The notes beneath the pieces were generated by a model. That model ran no database searches, was not told where the DNA came from, and was given only the letters and a program-made list of their open reading frames with translations. The position numbers and the translations under genes are program-made. A stretch of DNA of 64,000 bases from an uncultured Thermus sp. GTDB taxonomy: Bacteria > Deinococcota > Deinococci > Deinococcales > Thermaceae. This document shows, one piece after another, positions 13,258 to 23,397 of the stretch (within the stretch, counting starts at the first letter, position 1; every line of letters starts with the position of its first letter). The stretch lies in NCBI GenBank assembly GCA_947085095.1, contig CAMTVD010000018.1, positions 59,074 through 123,073 on the forward strand, given 5' to 3'.

Positions 13258-14610
13258 ATGAAGGGGGTCCTCGAGGCCCTGCACCAAGGGGATTACGACA
13301 CCGCCATAGAGCGCCTCACCCGCAAGGCCCTCTTCGGCCGCAAAGAGGAGGCCCGGGAGGCCCTGCTCCTCCTGGCCGAGGTGCACAGCCTTTATGGGGA
13401 AGAGGGTCTGGAGAAGGCCCACCGGGCCCTGGAGGAGGCCTATGAGCTGGGGGAGCTGGAGTATAACCCCCTTTACCGGGCTTTGTTGGGGGAGCTTCTC
13501 GCCCTCGAGGGGCGTTCGGAGCGGGAGGTCCTCCCCCTTTTCCTGCCCACGGAGGACCCTAGGGCCCGCTACCACCAGGCCCAGGCCCTCTCCTATCTGG
13601 GGAAGTTTGAGGAGGCGTTGCAGGCCCTGAAGCCGGGGCTTCCTGCCTTTTTGGCCTGGCGGGCGGAGGGGCTTAGGGGGCGGGCCCTGGAGCGGCTTGG
13701 CCGCCACCGGGAGGCGGCCTTGGCCTACGAGGGGGGGGCGGGAATCGCCTTGGGGGTGGAGCGGTACTGGCTCCTCTTGGACGCCGCCGCCATGTGGCTG
13801 GAGGCGGGGGAGGGGGAGCGGGCCCTTTTGGCCCTCGAGGAGGCCGAGGCCACGGTGGAGGAGGAGAGCGCCGAGGACGCCGCCACCCGCCACTACCTCT
13901 TAGCCCGGGCCCACCTCCTCCTGGGCAACCCCAACCGGGCCCTGGAGGAGGCGAGAAGGGCCCTGGAGAAGGAGGAGGAAAGCGGCCACCAGGCCTACGG
14001 CACCCCTATGGTGGCGGGCCAGGCCCTTCTGCAACTGGGGCGCTACCCAGAGGCCATGGAGGCCTACCGGGAAGCCCTCCGGCGGGCGGAGGCGGCGGAG
14101 CGCCCCTACGTCCTCCACGAGATGGCGGTGGCGGCCCTGGACCAGGCGGCCTATCTGGAGGCGGAAGGCTACCTGCGGGAGCTTCTGCACGGGGAGGGCT
14201 ACCCCTACCGGGCCCAGGCCCTGGCGGACCTGGCGGAGGCCCTCTACCGCCAGGGGCGGTACGGGGAAGCGGAGGCGATGGCCCGGGAAGCCATGCGCCT
14301 GGGGGCGGAGGCCTCGGGAGAGCTCATCCTGGGCCACATCGCCTACGATCTCATGCACCTGGAGGAGGCCCTGGCCCACTACCGCCTGGCGGCGGAGCAG
14401 GCCGAGGAGGGAAGCCGGGAGTGGGTGGGGGCGCAGGAGATGGTGGTGGACACCCTGGCCCAGCTGGGCTACCGCTCCCCCGAGGAGATCCTGGCCCGCA
14501 CCGAGGCCGTTTTGCCCCACGTCCACCCCGCGGACGAGTGGCACCAGGCCCTCCTCGCCTACCGCGAGCGGGCTCTGGCCCTCCTGCGCGAGGGGAGGCG
14601 GCCTAACTAG
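13258..14610 (+). CDS. Tetratricopeptide-repeat protein
   Basis: Repeated helical A/L/E-rich TPR-like units (LG.Y.EA..AY..AL); start taken at ATG 13258. Confidence 0.75.
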   Translation: MKGVLEALHQGDYDTAIERLTRKALFGRKEEAREALLLLAEVHSLYGEEGLEKAHRALEEAYELGELEYNPLYRALLGELLALEGRSEREVLPLFLPTEDPRARYHQAQALSYLGKFEEALQALKPGLPAFLAWRAEGLRGRALERLGRHREAALAYEGGAGIALGVERYWLLLDAAAMWLEAGEGERALLALEEAEATVEEESAEDAATRHYLLARAHLLLGNPNRALEEARRALEKEEESGHQAYGTPMVAGQALLQLGRYPEAMEAYREALRRAEAAERPYVLHEMAVAALDQAAYLEAEGYLRELLHGEGYPYRAQALADLAEALYRQGRYGEAEAMAREAMRLGAEASGELILGHIAYDLMHLEEALAHYRLAAEQAEEGSREWVGAQEMVVDTLAQLGYRSPEEILARTEAVLPHVHPADEWHQALLAYRERALALLREGRRPN

Positions 14611-15640
14611 CCCCTTTGCGCAGGGGGAAAAGGGCCTTGAGCACCTCCTGGACCCTGAGGGGTTTGGGCAGGTGGAGGACCCGGAGGGGCCTAAAGAGGA
14701 GGCCAGGGGGGGTTTCGCTCACCAGGTAGAGGGAGGCCAGCCTGCCCTCGGGATGGCCCCGCACCCTCCTGGCCGCCTCCAAGGCCTTTTCCCCCTGGAG
14801 GACGATGCCTTTGGGCCTCTCCTTGAGAAGCCGCAGGAGCCCTTCCAGATCCCGGGGCAGGAGGACCCGGAAGCGGTGGGCTTCCAACAGGTAGAGGAGA
14901 AGCCGGCGCACCACCCCGCTTTCCGCCAGGACCAGGATCAGGGGGTCCTCCGCCAGCAGGGTGGAGGGGCGGACCAGCCCCCGGCTTTTCAGCTCGTGGA
15001 GGAGGTGGTAGACCTCCTCCTCGGGAAGGCCGGAGAGGAGGGCCACGCTCCTGGCCCGCCTGACCCCGTCCAGGAGCTCCAGCACCGTCCAGGCCTCGGG
15101 GGAGAGGGGATGGCGGGTGGGGTCCTCCACCAGGTGGAGGACCTCGTCCGGGTCCACCTGCCCTCTCCGCCACTCGTCCAGGCGCCGGGCGGCCTCCATG
15201 AGGGCCCAGTCCGTGTCCAGGGTCTGGGGGAGGGCCACCTGGCTCCCTTCCTCTAAGGGCTCGGCCAAGACCTCCCCTTCCTTCTCCCCCAAGAGGGTGG
15301 CCAGGGCCTCCAGCACCTGGGCTTTTAGGGCCTCCAAGAGCTCCTCCTCCCCAATGAGGCCCAGCTCCAGGGCCAAGGCCCCTAAGGGGGTCCCGGGGTT
15401 TTCCCGGTCCTGGCGCTCCACCAGGGTCTGGACCTCCTCCAGGCTCAGGTGCCCGAGGCGCACCAGATACTCCCCCAGGTGGGGGCCGGGCTCGGTGCGG
15501 GCGTAGAGGATGCGTCCCCCAAGGAGGTGGACCCGGCCGTAGATCCGGCCCCGGAAGCTCACCACGGCGCTCTTGCGGCTCCCGGCCAGGGCTTTCAGGA
15601 GCTCTCCCAGGTCCAACTCCACGAGCGAGGCCCGGATCAT
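14603..15640 (-). CDS. DUF4388 (PatA-N-like) protein with a C-terminal pseudo-receiver domain
   Basis: L.ELLKAL...[28 protein letters not shown]; the C-terminal ILVLAES...LPKP resembles a receiver fold without the acidic pocket. Confidence 0.7.
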   Translation of the reverse strand: MIRASLVELDLGELLKALAGSRKSAVVSFRGRIYGRVHLLGGRILYARTEPGPHLGEYLVRLGHLSLEEVQTLVERQDRENPGTPLGALALELGLIGEEELLEALKAQVLEALATLLGEKEGEVLAEPLEEGSQVALPQTLDTDWALMEAARRLDEWRRGQVDPDEVLHLVEDPTRHPLSPEAWTVLELLDGVRRARSVALLSGLPEEEVYHLLHELKSRGLVRPSTLLAEDPLILVLAESGVVRRLLLYLLEAHRFRVLLPRDLEGLLRLLKERPKGIVLQGEKALEAARRVRGHPEGRLASLYLVSETPPGLLFRPLRVLHLPKPLRVQEVLKALFPLRKGAS

Positions 15641-16608
15641 AGGAGGGGTTCCACGGGGGGTGGGTAGCCCAGGTGGCGGTAGGCCTTTTCTGTGGCCACC
15701 CGGCCCCTGGGGGTGCGCTTCAGGAGGCCCTGCTGGATGAGGTAGGGCTCGTGGACCTCCTCCAGGGTCCCTGGGTCCTCGGAAAGGGCGGTGGCTAGGG
15801 TCCCTAGGCCCACCGGTCCCCCGGCGAAGCGGCCGATCAGGACCTCGAGGATCTCCCGGTCCCGCTTCTCCAGGCCCAGCTCGTCCAGGCCCAGGGCGTT
15901 TAAGGCTTCCTTGGCCCTTTCCCCGGTGATCACCTCCTCCCCCGCCACCTGGGCGAAGTCCCGCACCCGGCGGAAGAGCCTTTTGGCGATGCGCATGGTG
16001 CCCCGGCTCCTCTTGGCGATCTCCCGGGCGGCCTCCTCGGTGATCCCTACCCCGAGAAGCCTGGCGTCCCGCTCCACCCCCTCCATGAGCTCCTCCAGGG
16101 TGTAGTACTCCAGAAGCTCCACGATGCCGAAGCGGCTCCTTAGGGGTGCGGTGATGAGGCCCGGCCGGGTGGTGGCCCCGATCAGGGTGAAGCGGGGAAG
16201 CTCCAGGCGGATGGTCCTGGCCGCGGGCCCTTGGCCGATGACGATGTCCATGGCGAAGTCCTCCATGGCCGGGTAGAGGTGCTCCTCCGCTTGGCGGCTT
16301 AGGCGGTGGATCTCGTCAATGAAGAGGATGTCCCCCTCCTCCAGGGAGTTGGCCAGGATGGCGGCCAGGTCCCCGGGCTTCTCTATGGCGGGGCCCGAGG
16401 TGGTGCGGATGTTCACGCCCAGCTCATAGGCGATCACGTGGGCCAGGGTGGTCTTGCCCAGGCCAGGGGGCCCGGAGAGAAGCACGTGCTCCAGGGGCTC
16501 CCCCCGGGCCCTGGCGGCCTCCAGGTAGACCCTGAGCTTCCCCTTCAGCCGCTCCTGGCCGATGTACTCCTCCAGGGTTTTGGGCCTTAGGGTGAGGTCC
16601 TCGTACAC
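15637..16608 (-). CDS. ruvB: Holliday junction branch-migration ATPase RuvB
   Basis: [51 protein letters not shown] start at 16608 (16614 also possible). Confidence 0.97.
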   Translation of the reverse strand: MYEDLTLRPKTLEEYIGQERLKGKLRVYLEAARARGEPLEHVLLSGPPGLGKTTLAHVIAYELGVNIRTTSGPAIEKPGDLAAILANSLEEGDILFIDEIHRLSRQAEEHLYPAMEDFAMDIVIGQGPAARTIRLELPRFTLIGATTRPGLITAPLRSRFGIVELLEYYTLEELMEGVERDARLLGVGITEEAAREIAKRSRGTMRIAKRLFRRVRDFAQVAGEEVITGERAKEALNALGLDELGLEKRDREILEVLIGRFAGGPVGLGTLATALSEDPGTLEEVHEPYLIQQGLLKRTPRGRVATEKAYRHLGYPPPVEPLL

Positions 16609-16638
16609 GGCCACGCCTTCACATGATAGCCTTTTCCC

Positions 16639-17421
16639 GTGCGCACGGTGAAGGACTTTCGCCAGGCCAAAGGAAAGCGGCTCGTCTACCTCACCGCCTA
16701 CGACTACCCCACCGCCCGCTTGGCGGAGGCCGCGGGGGTGGACGCCATCCTGGTGGGGGACTCCTTGGGCATGGTGGTCCTGGGCTATTCCTCCACGGTG
16801 CCCGTGACCCTGGAGGAGATGCTCCACCACACCAAGGCCGCCCGCCGGGGGGCCCCGAACACCTTCCTGGTGGCCGACCTCCCTTACCTCAGCTACGCCA
16901 CCTTGGACCGGGCCCTCTTGGCGGCGGAAAGGCTCCTCAAGGAGGGTGGGGCGGACGCGGTGAAGCTGGAGGGCGGGGAGGAGGTGGCGGAGATCGTGTT
17001 GGGCCTCACCCGGGCGGGGGTGCCGGTCCTGGGGCATGTGGGCCTCACCCCGCAGACGGCGAGCCAGCTTGGGGGGTATAAGCTCCAGGGGAAGCGCCCG
17101 GAGGAGGCGGAGAGGATTCTCGGGGGGGCCTTGGCCCTCGAGGCCGCCGGGGCCTACGGGGTGGTCCTGGAGATGGTCCCCGCCCTCCTGGCCAAGGAGA
17201 TCAGCGAAAGGCTTTCCATTCACACCGTGGGCATCGGCGCCGGGCCCCACACCGACGCCCAGATTCTGGTCTTCCACGATGTGGTGGGGCTTTACTGGGA
17301 GTTCAAGCCCCGGTTCGTCAAGCGCTACCTGGAGGCGGGGAAGCTGATCCAGGAGGCCCTTGCCCGCTACGCAGAAGAGGTGCGGCAGGGGGTGTTCCCC
17401 CAGGAGGAGCACAGCTTCTAA
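16639..17421 (+). CDS. panB: 3-methyl-2-oxobutanoate hydroxymethyltransferase
   Basis: [35 protein letters not shown]. Confidence 0.96.
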   Translation: MRTVKDFRQAKGKRLVYLTAYDYPTARLAEAAGVDAILVGDSLGMVVLGYSSTVPVTLEEMLHHTKAARRGAPNTFLVADLPYLSYATLDRALLAAERLLKEGGADAVKLEGGEEVAEIVLGLTRAGVPVLGHVGLTPQTASQLGGYKLQGKRPEEAERILGGALALEAAGAYGVVLEMVPALLAKEISERLSIHTVGIGAGPHTDAQILVFHDVVGLYWEFKPRFVKRYLEAGKLIQEALARYAEEVRQGVFPQEEHSF

Positions 17422-17432
17422 AATGGACATTT

Positions 17433-18347
17433 GTGGTGCGCTTTCGTAGGGAGGGCCTGCGCCTGGACCAGGCGGTGGCCGAGGCCCTGGGGGTGAGCCG
17501 GGCCCGGGCCCAGGCCTGGATCGCCCAGGGCCGGGTCCGGGTGGGGGAGAAGGTGGTGCAGAGGCCCGCTTACCGCCTGAAGGGGGAGGAGGTGGCGGTG
17601 GAGCCCCCTGAGGAGCGCCCCCTGGTGGTGCCCGAGGACCTTTCCCTTCCCGTCCTCTACGAAGACGAGGACCTCCTGGTCCTCAACAAGCCCCCGGGCC
17701 TCCTCACCCACCCCGCTCCCGGGGTTTACACGGGCACCGTGGTCAACGCCCTTCTGGGCCGCTACTACGAGCCCGAGGCCGCGGAGCGCCCGGAGCTCGT
17801 CCGCCCCGGCATCGTCCACCGCCTGGACAAGGACACCAGCGGGGTCCTGGTGGTGGCCAAGCACGGGGGGGCCCTCGAGGCCCTCTCCCAGGCCTTCCGT
17901 GACCGCCTGGTGATGAAGCGCTACCTGGCCCTCACCGAGGGGCACCCCAAGGAGGGTACCCTCATCGCCCCCATCGGCCGCCACCCGGTGGAAAGGCACA
18001 GGATGCACGTGGGGGGGATCGCCCCCAGGTACGCCGAAACCCACTTCCAGATCCTGGCCACCTCTGGCCCCCACGCCCTGGTGGAGGCCCGGCCCCACAC
18101 CGGGCGCACCCACCAGATCCGGGTCCACCTCAAGCACCTCAAGGCCCCCATCCTGGGGGACGAGGTCTACGGCAGGAAGAGCCCCCAGATCGCCCGCCAA
18201 GCTCTCCACGCCTACGAGCTCCGCCTTCCCCACCCCCGCACCGGGAAGCTCCTGGAGTTCCAGGCCCCCGTGCCCCAGGACATGGTCCGGGCCTGGGAGG
18301 CCCTGGGAGGGGTGTGGCCGGAGGGGATCGCCTTAGAGGGGGTATAA
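17433..18347 (+). CDS. rluD: RluA/RluD-family 23S rRNA pseudouridine synthase
   Basis: N-terminal S4 domain (RLDQAVA...SRARAQ), [29 protein letters not shown]. Confidence 0.88.
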   Translation: MVRFRREGLRLDQAVAEALGVSRARAQAWIAQGRVRVGEKVVQRPAYRLKGEEVAVEPPEERPLVVPEDLSLPVLYEDEDLLVLNKPPGLLTHPAPGVYTGTVVNALLGRYYEPEAAERPELVRPGIVHRLDKDTSGVLVVAKHGGALEALSQAFRDRLVMKRYLALTEGHPKEGTLIAPIGRHPVERHRMHVGGIAPRYAETHFQILATSGPHALVEARPHTGRTHQIRVHLKHLKAPILGDEVYGRKSPQIARQALHAYELRLPHPRTGKLLEFQAPVPQDMVRAWEALGGVWPEGIALEGV

Positions 18348-18355
18348 TCCCGGAA

Positions 18356-19228
18356 ATGGAAGCCTCCGTGGCCCTGCGTGCACCCTTGGATGCGGCCTCG
18401 CCCTCCCATCCCCCCGTCCGCCTCCACGTGGGGGATGCCCGGGAGGTCCTTTCCCGTCTCCCCGAGGCCTCCGTCCACCTGGCGGTCACCTCGCCCCCCT
18501 ACTGGACCCTGAAGCGCTACGAGGACCACCCCGGCCAGCTCGGCCACGTGGAGGACTACGAGGCCTTTTTGAACGAGCTGGACAAGGTCTGGCGGGAGGT
18601 CTACCGCCTCCTGGTGCCCGGGGGGCGGCTCGTCATCGTGGTGGGGGATGTGGCTGTGGCCCGGAAGCGCTTCGGGCGGCACCTGGTCTTTCCCCTCCAC
18701 GCCGACATCCAGGTGCGGTGCCGCAGGCTTGGCTTTGACAACCTGAACCCCATCATCTGGCACAAGCACACCAACGCCAGCCTCGAGGCCGACCGCCCCG
18801 GCTTCTTCCTGGGCAAGCCCTACGAGCCCGGGGCCATCGTCAAAACGGAGATAGAGTACATCCTCATGCAACGGAAGCCTGGGGGGTACCGCAAGCCCAC
18901 CCCCGAGCAGCGGGAGAAGAGCCGCATCCCCAAGGAGGACTTTGCCCGCTTCTTCCGCCAGATCTGGGACGACCTTCCCGGGGAGAGCACCAAGACCCAC
19001 CCCGCCCCCTTCCCCCTGGAGCTGGCCGAGAGGCTGGTGCGCATGTTCAGCTTCGTGGGGGACGTGGTCTTAGACCCCTTCGCCGGTACCGGCACCACCC
19101 TGCTGGCGGCCCTCAAGTGGGGAAGGGAGGCCGTAGGGGTGGAGCTCGTCCCCAAGTACGCCGAGCTGGCCAAAAAGCGCTTCGCCAGGGAGCTTCCGGG
19201 GGCGACGCTGGAGGTGGTGGGAGGTTAG
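18356..19228 (+). CDS. Amino (N4-C or N6-A) DNA methyltransferase, beta class
   Basis: Motif IV VTSPPY precedes HPAPFP and motif I VLDPFAGTGTT (beta order); SPPY is typical of N4-cytosine enzymes. Confidence 0.9.
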   Translation: MEASVALRAPLDAASPSHPPVRLHVGDAREVLSRLPEASVHLAVTSPPYWTLKRYEDHPGQLGHVEDYEAFLNELDKVWREVYRLLVPGGRLVIVVGDVAVARKRFGRHLVFPLHADIQVRCRRLGFDNLNPIIWHKHTNASLEADRPGFFLGKPYEPGAIVKTEIEYILMQRKPGGYRKPTPEQREKSRIPKEDFARFFRQIWDDLPGESTKTHPAPFPLELAERLVRMFSFVGDVVLDPFAGTGTTLLAALKWGREAVGVELVPKYAELAKKRFARELPGATLEVVGG

Positions 19229-19230
19229 CC

Positions 19231-19902
19231 GTGGACCCCGCCCTTTTGGCCTCGGAACTAGAGGGCATCCTGAGGCGGGTTGCGGCCGCTTCCCAGCAGG
19301 ATAGTGGCCGGCAAAACCCCCTGGCGGACTACCTCTTGCGGCGCCTGCGCCTCCGCCTTCCCGCTTCCCTCCATCCTCACCTCAAGCGGGAGGTGCAGGT
19401 GCCGGGTCTGGCCAGGCTCAAGTCCTGGGACCTGGGCCTGGTCTACCCGGAGGGCCCCGTCAGGAAACCCCGGCTTCTCCTATCCCTAAAGTCCATCCTG
19501 AAAAACCCCTCGGGTTCCTGGCCTAATCGGCTGGACGACCTGGTGGGCGAGGTCTCCTCCGTGCAGATGCTTTTCCCGGAGGTGGTGGTGGGTTACGTGG
19601 TGGTTCTGGACTACGGTGCCCCCACCAAGCGGAAGGGGGGGTACAAAAGGCCTGTGGGGGACGAGCTAAAGCCCCTCTACGCCCGCTTTGTCCGGGGTCT
19701 GGAGGCTCTTTCTAGAAGACGCCCCCCCCTCTGGGCCCAGGGGTTGGTGGAGGGGCACTGGGCGATTTCCGTGGACAGCCGGAAGGAGGCCCTCCTCCTG
19801 GAGCCCGAGACTACGGTGAGGGCGGGCGAGGCCTTCTTGGACGCCTTGGTGGAGGCCTTGCGGGAGCGGGAGCCTTTGCTGTTCGTGGACGAGCAAGGCT
19901 GA
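19231..19902 (+). CDS. Putative type II restriction endonuclease, PD-(D/E)xK fold, XhoI/PaeR7I-like
   Basis: Starts 2 nt after the MTase stop; KSWDLGL...LLSLKS...NRLDD..GE resembles the K.WD..E.KS...NR.EE pattern of that family. Confidence 0.55.
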   Translation: MDPALLASELEGILRRVAAASQQDSGRQNPLADYLLRRLRLRLPASLHPHLKREVQVPGLARLKSWDLGLVYPEGPVRKPRLLLSLKSILKNPSGSWPNRLDDLVGEVSSVQMLFPEVVVGYVVVLDYGAPTKRKGGYKRPVGDELKPLYARFVRGLEALSRRRPPLWAQGLVEGHWAISVDSRKEALLLEPETTVRAGEAFLDALVEALREREPLLFVDEQG

Positions 19903-19914
19903 AAAGTCCTTGGC

Positions 19915-21015
19915 CTAAGAGGGGGCCGCTCCCGCCAGTTGGAGCAGAGGGGGCAGGGCTTCTTGTAGGTCTTCTGGCGCGTCCCGCCTCAGGGTGATGT
20001 GCCCCACCTTGCGCCCGGGGCGCACCCCCTTGCCGTACCAGTGGAGGTGGGCCCCGGGCACCCTCAGGACCTCCCGGAAGTCGGGCTTGAGGCCGATGAG
20101 GTTCACCATGGCGCTATGCCCCCTGGGGGCGGTGCTCCCCAGGGGGAGGCCCAGGATGGCCCGCAGATGGTTCTGGAACTGGCTCGTCTCCGCTCCCTCC
20201 AGGGTCCAGTGGCCGGAGTTGTGCACCCGGGGGGCCATCTCGTTGAAGAAAAGCTCCTCGCCCACCTGGAAGAGTTCCAGAGCCAGGACCCCCACGTAGT
20301 CCAGGGCCTCGAGGGCCTTCCTCGCATACCCCTCCGCCTTCTTCCGCAGGGCCTCGGAAGCCCCCGGGGCGGGGGCCAGGGAGAGGCGGAGGATGCCCCC
20401 TTGGTGGTGGTTTTCCACCAGGGGGTAAAAGGCCACTTCCCCCGTGGTTCCCCGCACCGCCAGGATGGAAAGTTCCCGGTCAAAGGGCACGAAGCCCTCC
20501 AGGATGAGCCCCTTCCCTCCCAGGGCATGGAAGGCGGCCTCCGCCTCCTCGGGGGCCCGCACCAGGGCCTGGCCCTTGCCGTCGTACCCGCCCCTCCGGG
20601 TCTTGAGGAGGGCGGGAAGGCCCACCCGCTTGAGGCCCTCCTCCAGGTCAGGGAGGCTATCCACCGGGTGGAAGGGGGGCGTGGGCACTCCCAGGCCCCG
20701 GAAAAAGGTCTTCTCCAAAAGGCGGTCCTGGGCCACCTCCAGGGCCTTGGGCGAGGGGTAGACGGGGAGGAGGCCTTCCAGGAAGCGGGCCGCCCCCACG
20801 GGAACGTTCTCAAACTCGTAGGTGATGAGGTCTAGCCCCTGAGCGAAGCCCCTTAGGGCGGCCTCGTCCTCAAAGGCCCCTGGCAGAAGCTCCCCCACCT
20901 GGCCGGCGCAGGCCTCGGGGGAGGGGTCCAGGAAGCGGAAGGAAAGCCCCAGGGGGTAGCCCGCAAGGGCCAGCATCCGCCCCAGCTGGCCGCCGCCCAG
21001 AATCCCGATCCTCAT
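19915..21015 (-). CDS. purK: N5-CAIR synthetase
   Basis: GILGGGQLGRM, TYEFEN, GGYDGKGQ, NEMAPRVHNSGH, RKVGH. Confidence 0.96.
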   Translation of the reverse strand: MRIGILGGGQLGRMLALAGYPLGLSFRFLDPSPEACAGQVGELLPGAFEDEAALRGFAQGLDLITYEFENVPVGAARFLEGLLPVYPSPKALEVAQDRLLEKTFFRGLGVPTPPFHPVDSLPDLEEGLKRVGLPALLKTRRGGYDGKGQALVRAPEEAEAAFHALGGKGLILEGFVPFDRELSILAVRGTTGEVAFYPLVENHHQGGILRLSLAPAPGASEALRKKAEGYARKALEALDYVGVLALELFQVGEELFFNEMAPRVHNSGHWTLEGAETSQFQNHLRAILGLPLGSTAPRGHSAMVNLIGLKPDFREVLRVPGAHLHWYGKGVRPGRKVGHITLRRDAPEDLQEALPPLLQLAGAAPS

Positions 21016-21067
21016 ACCCTTATTCTTCCTTCAAAAGGCCCCCGTGAGGCGCTTTTCGGGAGCGGGA

Positions 21068-21562
21068 TCACGCCTCCTCCCTGGGGTCGGGGTGGGCCAG
21101 GACCGCCTCGGTCTGGGCTTGGCGGTAGGCCTTGACCCTTTCCAGCACCTCGGGGTGCCTGAGGCCCACGATGCTGGCGGCGAGGAGCGCGGCGTTCACC
21201 GCCCCCGCCTTGCCGATGGCCAGGGTCCCCACCGGGACCCCTGCCGGCATCTGCACGATGGAAAGAAGGGAGTCCAGGCCCTTCAGGGCCTGGCTTTCCA
21301 CGGGAACCCCCAGGACGGGCAAGGGGGTATGGGCCGCGGTCATCCCCGGGAGGTGGGCGGCCCCTCCCGCCCCGGCGATGATGACCATGAGACCCCGGGC
21401 CTCCGCGGTTTTGGCGTACTCCGCCATGAGGTCGGGGGTGCGGTGGGCGGAGACCACCCGCACCTCGTGGGGGACCCCGAGGGCCTCGAGGGTCTCCGCC
21501 GCATGGCGCAGGGTGGCCCAGTCCGAGCGCGAGCCCATGATGATGGCTACCAAAGGCTGCAT
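21068..21562 (-). CDS. purE: N5-CAIR mutase
   Basis: [35 protein letters not shown]. Confidence 0.97.
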   Translation of the reverse strand: MQPLVAIIMGSRSDWATLRHAAETLEALGVPHEVRVVSAHRTPDLMAEYAKTAEARGLMVIIAGAGGAAHLPGMTAAHTPLPVLGVPVESQALKGLDSLLSIVQMPAGVPVGTLAIGKAGAVNAALLAASIVGLRHPEVLERVKAYRQAQTEAVLAHPDPREEA

Positions 21563-21609
21563 CGTACCGGATTGTACAAGGGGAGGCCCCTCTGGTAGAA
21601 GGGGAAGCT

Positions 21610-22566
21610 ATGGAAGCCTTGGAGCTCCTGCGCTTGAACCTCCTTTCCCCCATGGTCCTGGCCTTCTTCCTGGGGGTGGCGGCCCGGCTTCTAAGAAGCG
21701 ACCTGGCCTTTCCCGAGGCCATGTACACGGCCCTTTCCATCTACCTCCTCTTGGCCATCGGCTTCAAGGGAGGGGTGGAGCTTTCCAAAACGCCCCTGGG
21801 GCTTCTCCTCCTGCCCGCCCTGGCCACCCTCTCTCTGGGGCTCATCCGGCCCCTTTCCGGCTACCTCCTGGCCCGGCGCTTCCTGGGGGTGGGGCGGGCG
21901 GACGCTGGGGCCTTGGCGGCCCACTACGGCTCGGTCTCCGCGGTCACCTTCCTGGCCGCCCTCACCTTTGTCCAGGCGGTGGGCGGGCGTCCGGAAGGGT
22001 TCATGCCCACCCTGGTAGCCCTCCTGGAGGTGCCGGGGATCGTCCTGGCCCTGGTCTTGGCCAAACGGGGGAGCGGGAGTGTGGGGGAGGCCACGCGGGA
22101 GGTGCTTACCGGCAAGAGCGTGGTCCTCCTCCTGGGGGGGCTTTCCATCGGGGCCCTTTCGGGGGAGGCGGGGATGGAGCGGGTGAAGCCCTTCTTCGTG
22201 GACCCCTTCTACGGGGCCCTCACCCTTTTCCTGCTGGATCTGGGGATGGTGGCGGCCTCGAGGCTCGCTACCCTGCGCCAGGTGGGTTTTCGCCTGGTCC
22301 TCTACGGGGTGGGCCTGGCCCTCGTCCACGGGGCCTTCGGGGTCTACCTGGGCCACCTGGTGGGGCTTTCCGTGGGCGGGGCCACGGTCTTGGGGGCCAT
22401 GGCGGCCAGCGCCAGCTACATCGCCGCCCCGGCGGCGGTGCGCATCGCCCTGCCCGAGGCCAACCCCAGCCTGTATCTGGCTGCCAGCCTGGCGGTTACC
22501 TTTCCCTTTAACCTGGTCTTGGGCATCCCCATCTACCACGCCTTGGCCCAGTGGATCGGGGGGTGA
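21610..22566 (+). CDS. sbtA: Sodium-dependent bicarbonate transport family permease (SbtA-like)
   Basis: About 10 TM segments; YLLLAIGFKGG, AAHYGSVSAVTF, ASASYIAAPAA, SLAVTFPFN. Confidence 0.85.
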   Translation: MEALELLRLNLLSPMVLAFFLGVAARLLRSDLAFPEAMYTALSIYLLLAIGFKGGVELSKTPLGLLLLPALATLSLGLIRPLSGYLLARRFLGVGRADAGALAAHYGSVSAVTFLAALTFVQAVGGRPEGFMPTLVALLEVPGIVLALVLAKRGSGSVGEATREVLTGKSVVLLLGGLSIGALSGEAGMERVKPFFVDPFYGALTLFLLDLGMVAASRLATLRQVGFRLVLYGVGLALVHGAFGVYLGHLVGLSVGGATVLGAMAASASYIAAPAAVRIALPEANPSLYLAASLAVTFPFNLVLGIPIYHALAQWIGG

Positions 22567-22569
22567 AGC

Positions 22570-22872
22570 ATGAACCTGGTGCCTTTGAAGCTGGTGACCA
22601 TCGTGGCGGAAAGCATCCTGGAGAAGAAGCTGGTGGAGGAGATCAAGCGCCTGGGGGCCAAGGGGTATACCATCGTGCCCGCAAGGGGGGAGGGTTCTCG
22701 GGGCATGCGCAGCCTGGACTGGGAGGGGCAGAACATCCGCCTGGAAACCATCGTCCCCGAGGAGGTGGCCCTTAGGATCCTGGCCCGCTTGCAGGAGGCC
22801 TACTTTCCCCACTATGCCGTGATCGCCTACGTGGAAAACGTCTTTGTGGTGCGGGGGGAGAAGTACGTTTAG
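22570..22872 (+). CDS. sbtB: PII-like regulator (SbtB-like)
   Basis: KLVTIVAE, GAKGYT, T-loop RGEGSRG, NIRLETIV; lies directly after the sbtA-like gene. Confidence 0.8.
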   Translation: MNLVPLKLVTIVAESILEKKLVEEIKRLGAKGYTIVPARGEGSRGMRSLDWEGQNIRLETIVPEEVALRILARLQEAYFPHYAVIAYVENVFVVRGEKYV

Positions 22873-23396
22873 GGCTGGCCCTTCCCCCGCCGCACCAGGG
22901 GGAGGAGGGCCAGGAGGAGAAGCCCTAAGAAGAGGAGCCAGGCCGGCACCCTCTGTCCCAGGAAGAAGGCCAAGAGCACCAGGCTCTGGGTCCAGAGGAG
23001 GCTCCCCAGGGCGGTGAGGAGCAGGTAGGGGAGGAGGGGATAGCCCAGGGCTCCAAAAAGGAGGGGGATGAGGGTGCGCAGGCCGGGGAGGAAAGGGGCC
23101 ACGAGGAGGGCGGAGGGGCCAAAGCGGCCGAGGAACCTCTCCCCCCGCCTTAGGAGTTCTTCGGGGAAGCGCTTTCGGACTCTGGCCCCAAGCCGCCGCC
23201 CCACCCCGTACCCCAGGGCGTGGCCGGCAAAGGCCCCTAGGAAGAGGAGGGGGAGGAGGGGGAAGAGGGCGAGCCTTCCCTCCCCGGCCAGGACCCCGAG
23301 GGTGAGGAGAAGGGTGTCCCCCCCGGGGACGAAGAGGCCAAAGGGGAGCCCCACCTCCAGGAGGAGGATGAGGGCGGGGACGAGGTGGGCGCTCAT
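22869..23396 (-). CDS. DedA-family membrane protein
   Basis: E.GL...PGGDTLL, G..LGY.VGR, PF.PG.R motifs. Confidence 0.85.
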   Translation of the reverse strand: MSAHLVPALILLLEVGLPFGLFVPGGDTLLLTLGVLAGEGRLALFPLLPLLFLGAFAGHALGYGVGRRLGARVRKRFPEELLRRGERFLGRFGPSALLVAPFLPGLRTLIPLLFGALGYPLLPYLLLTALGSLLWTQSLVLLAFFLGQRVPAWLLFLGLLLLALLPLVRRGKGQP

Positions 23397-23397
23397 C

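Noticed and set aside
16609..17430. N-terminal extension making RuvB 597 aa
   Set aside because: It is the antisense of panB; RuvB similarity starts at YEDLTLRPK.
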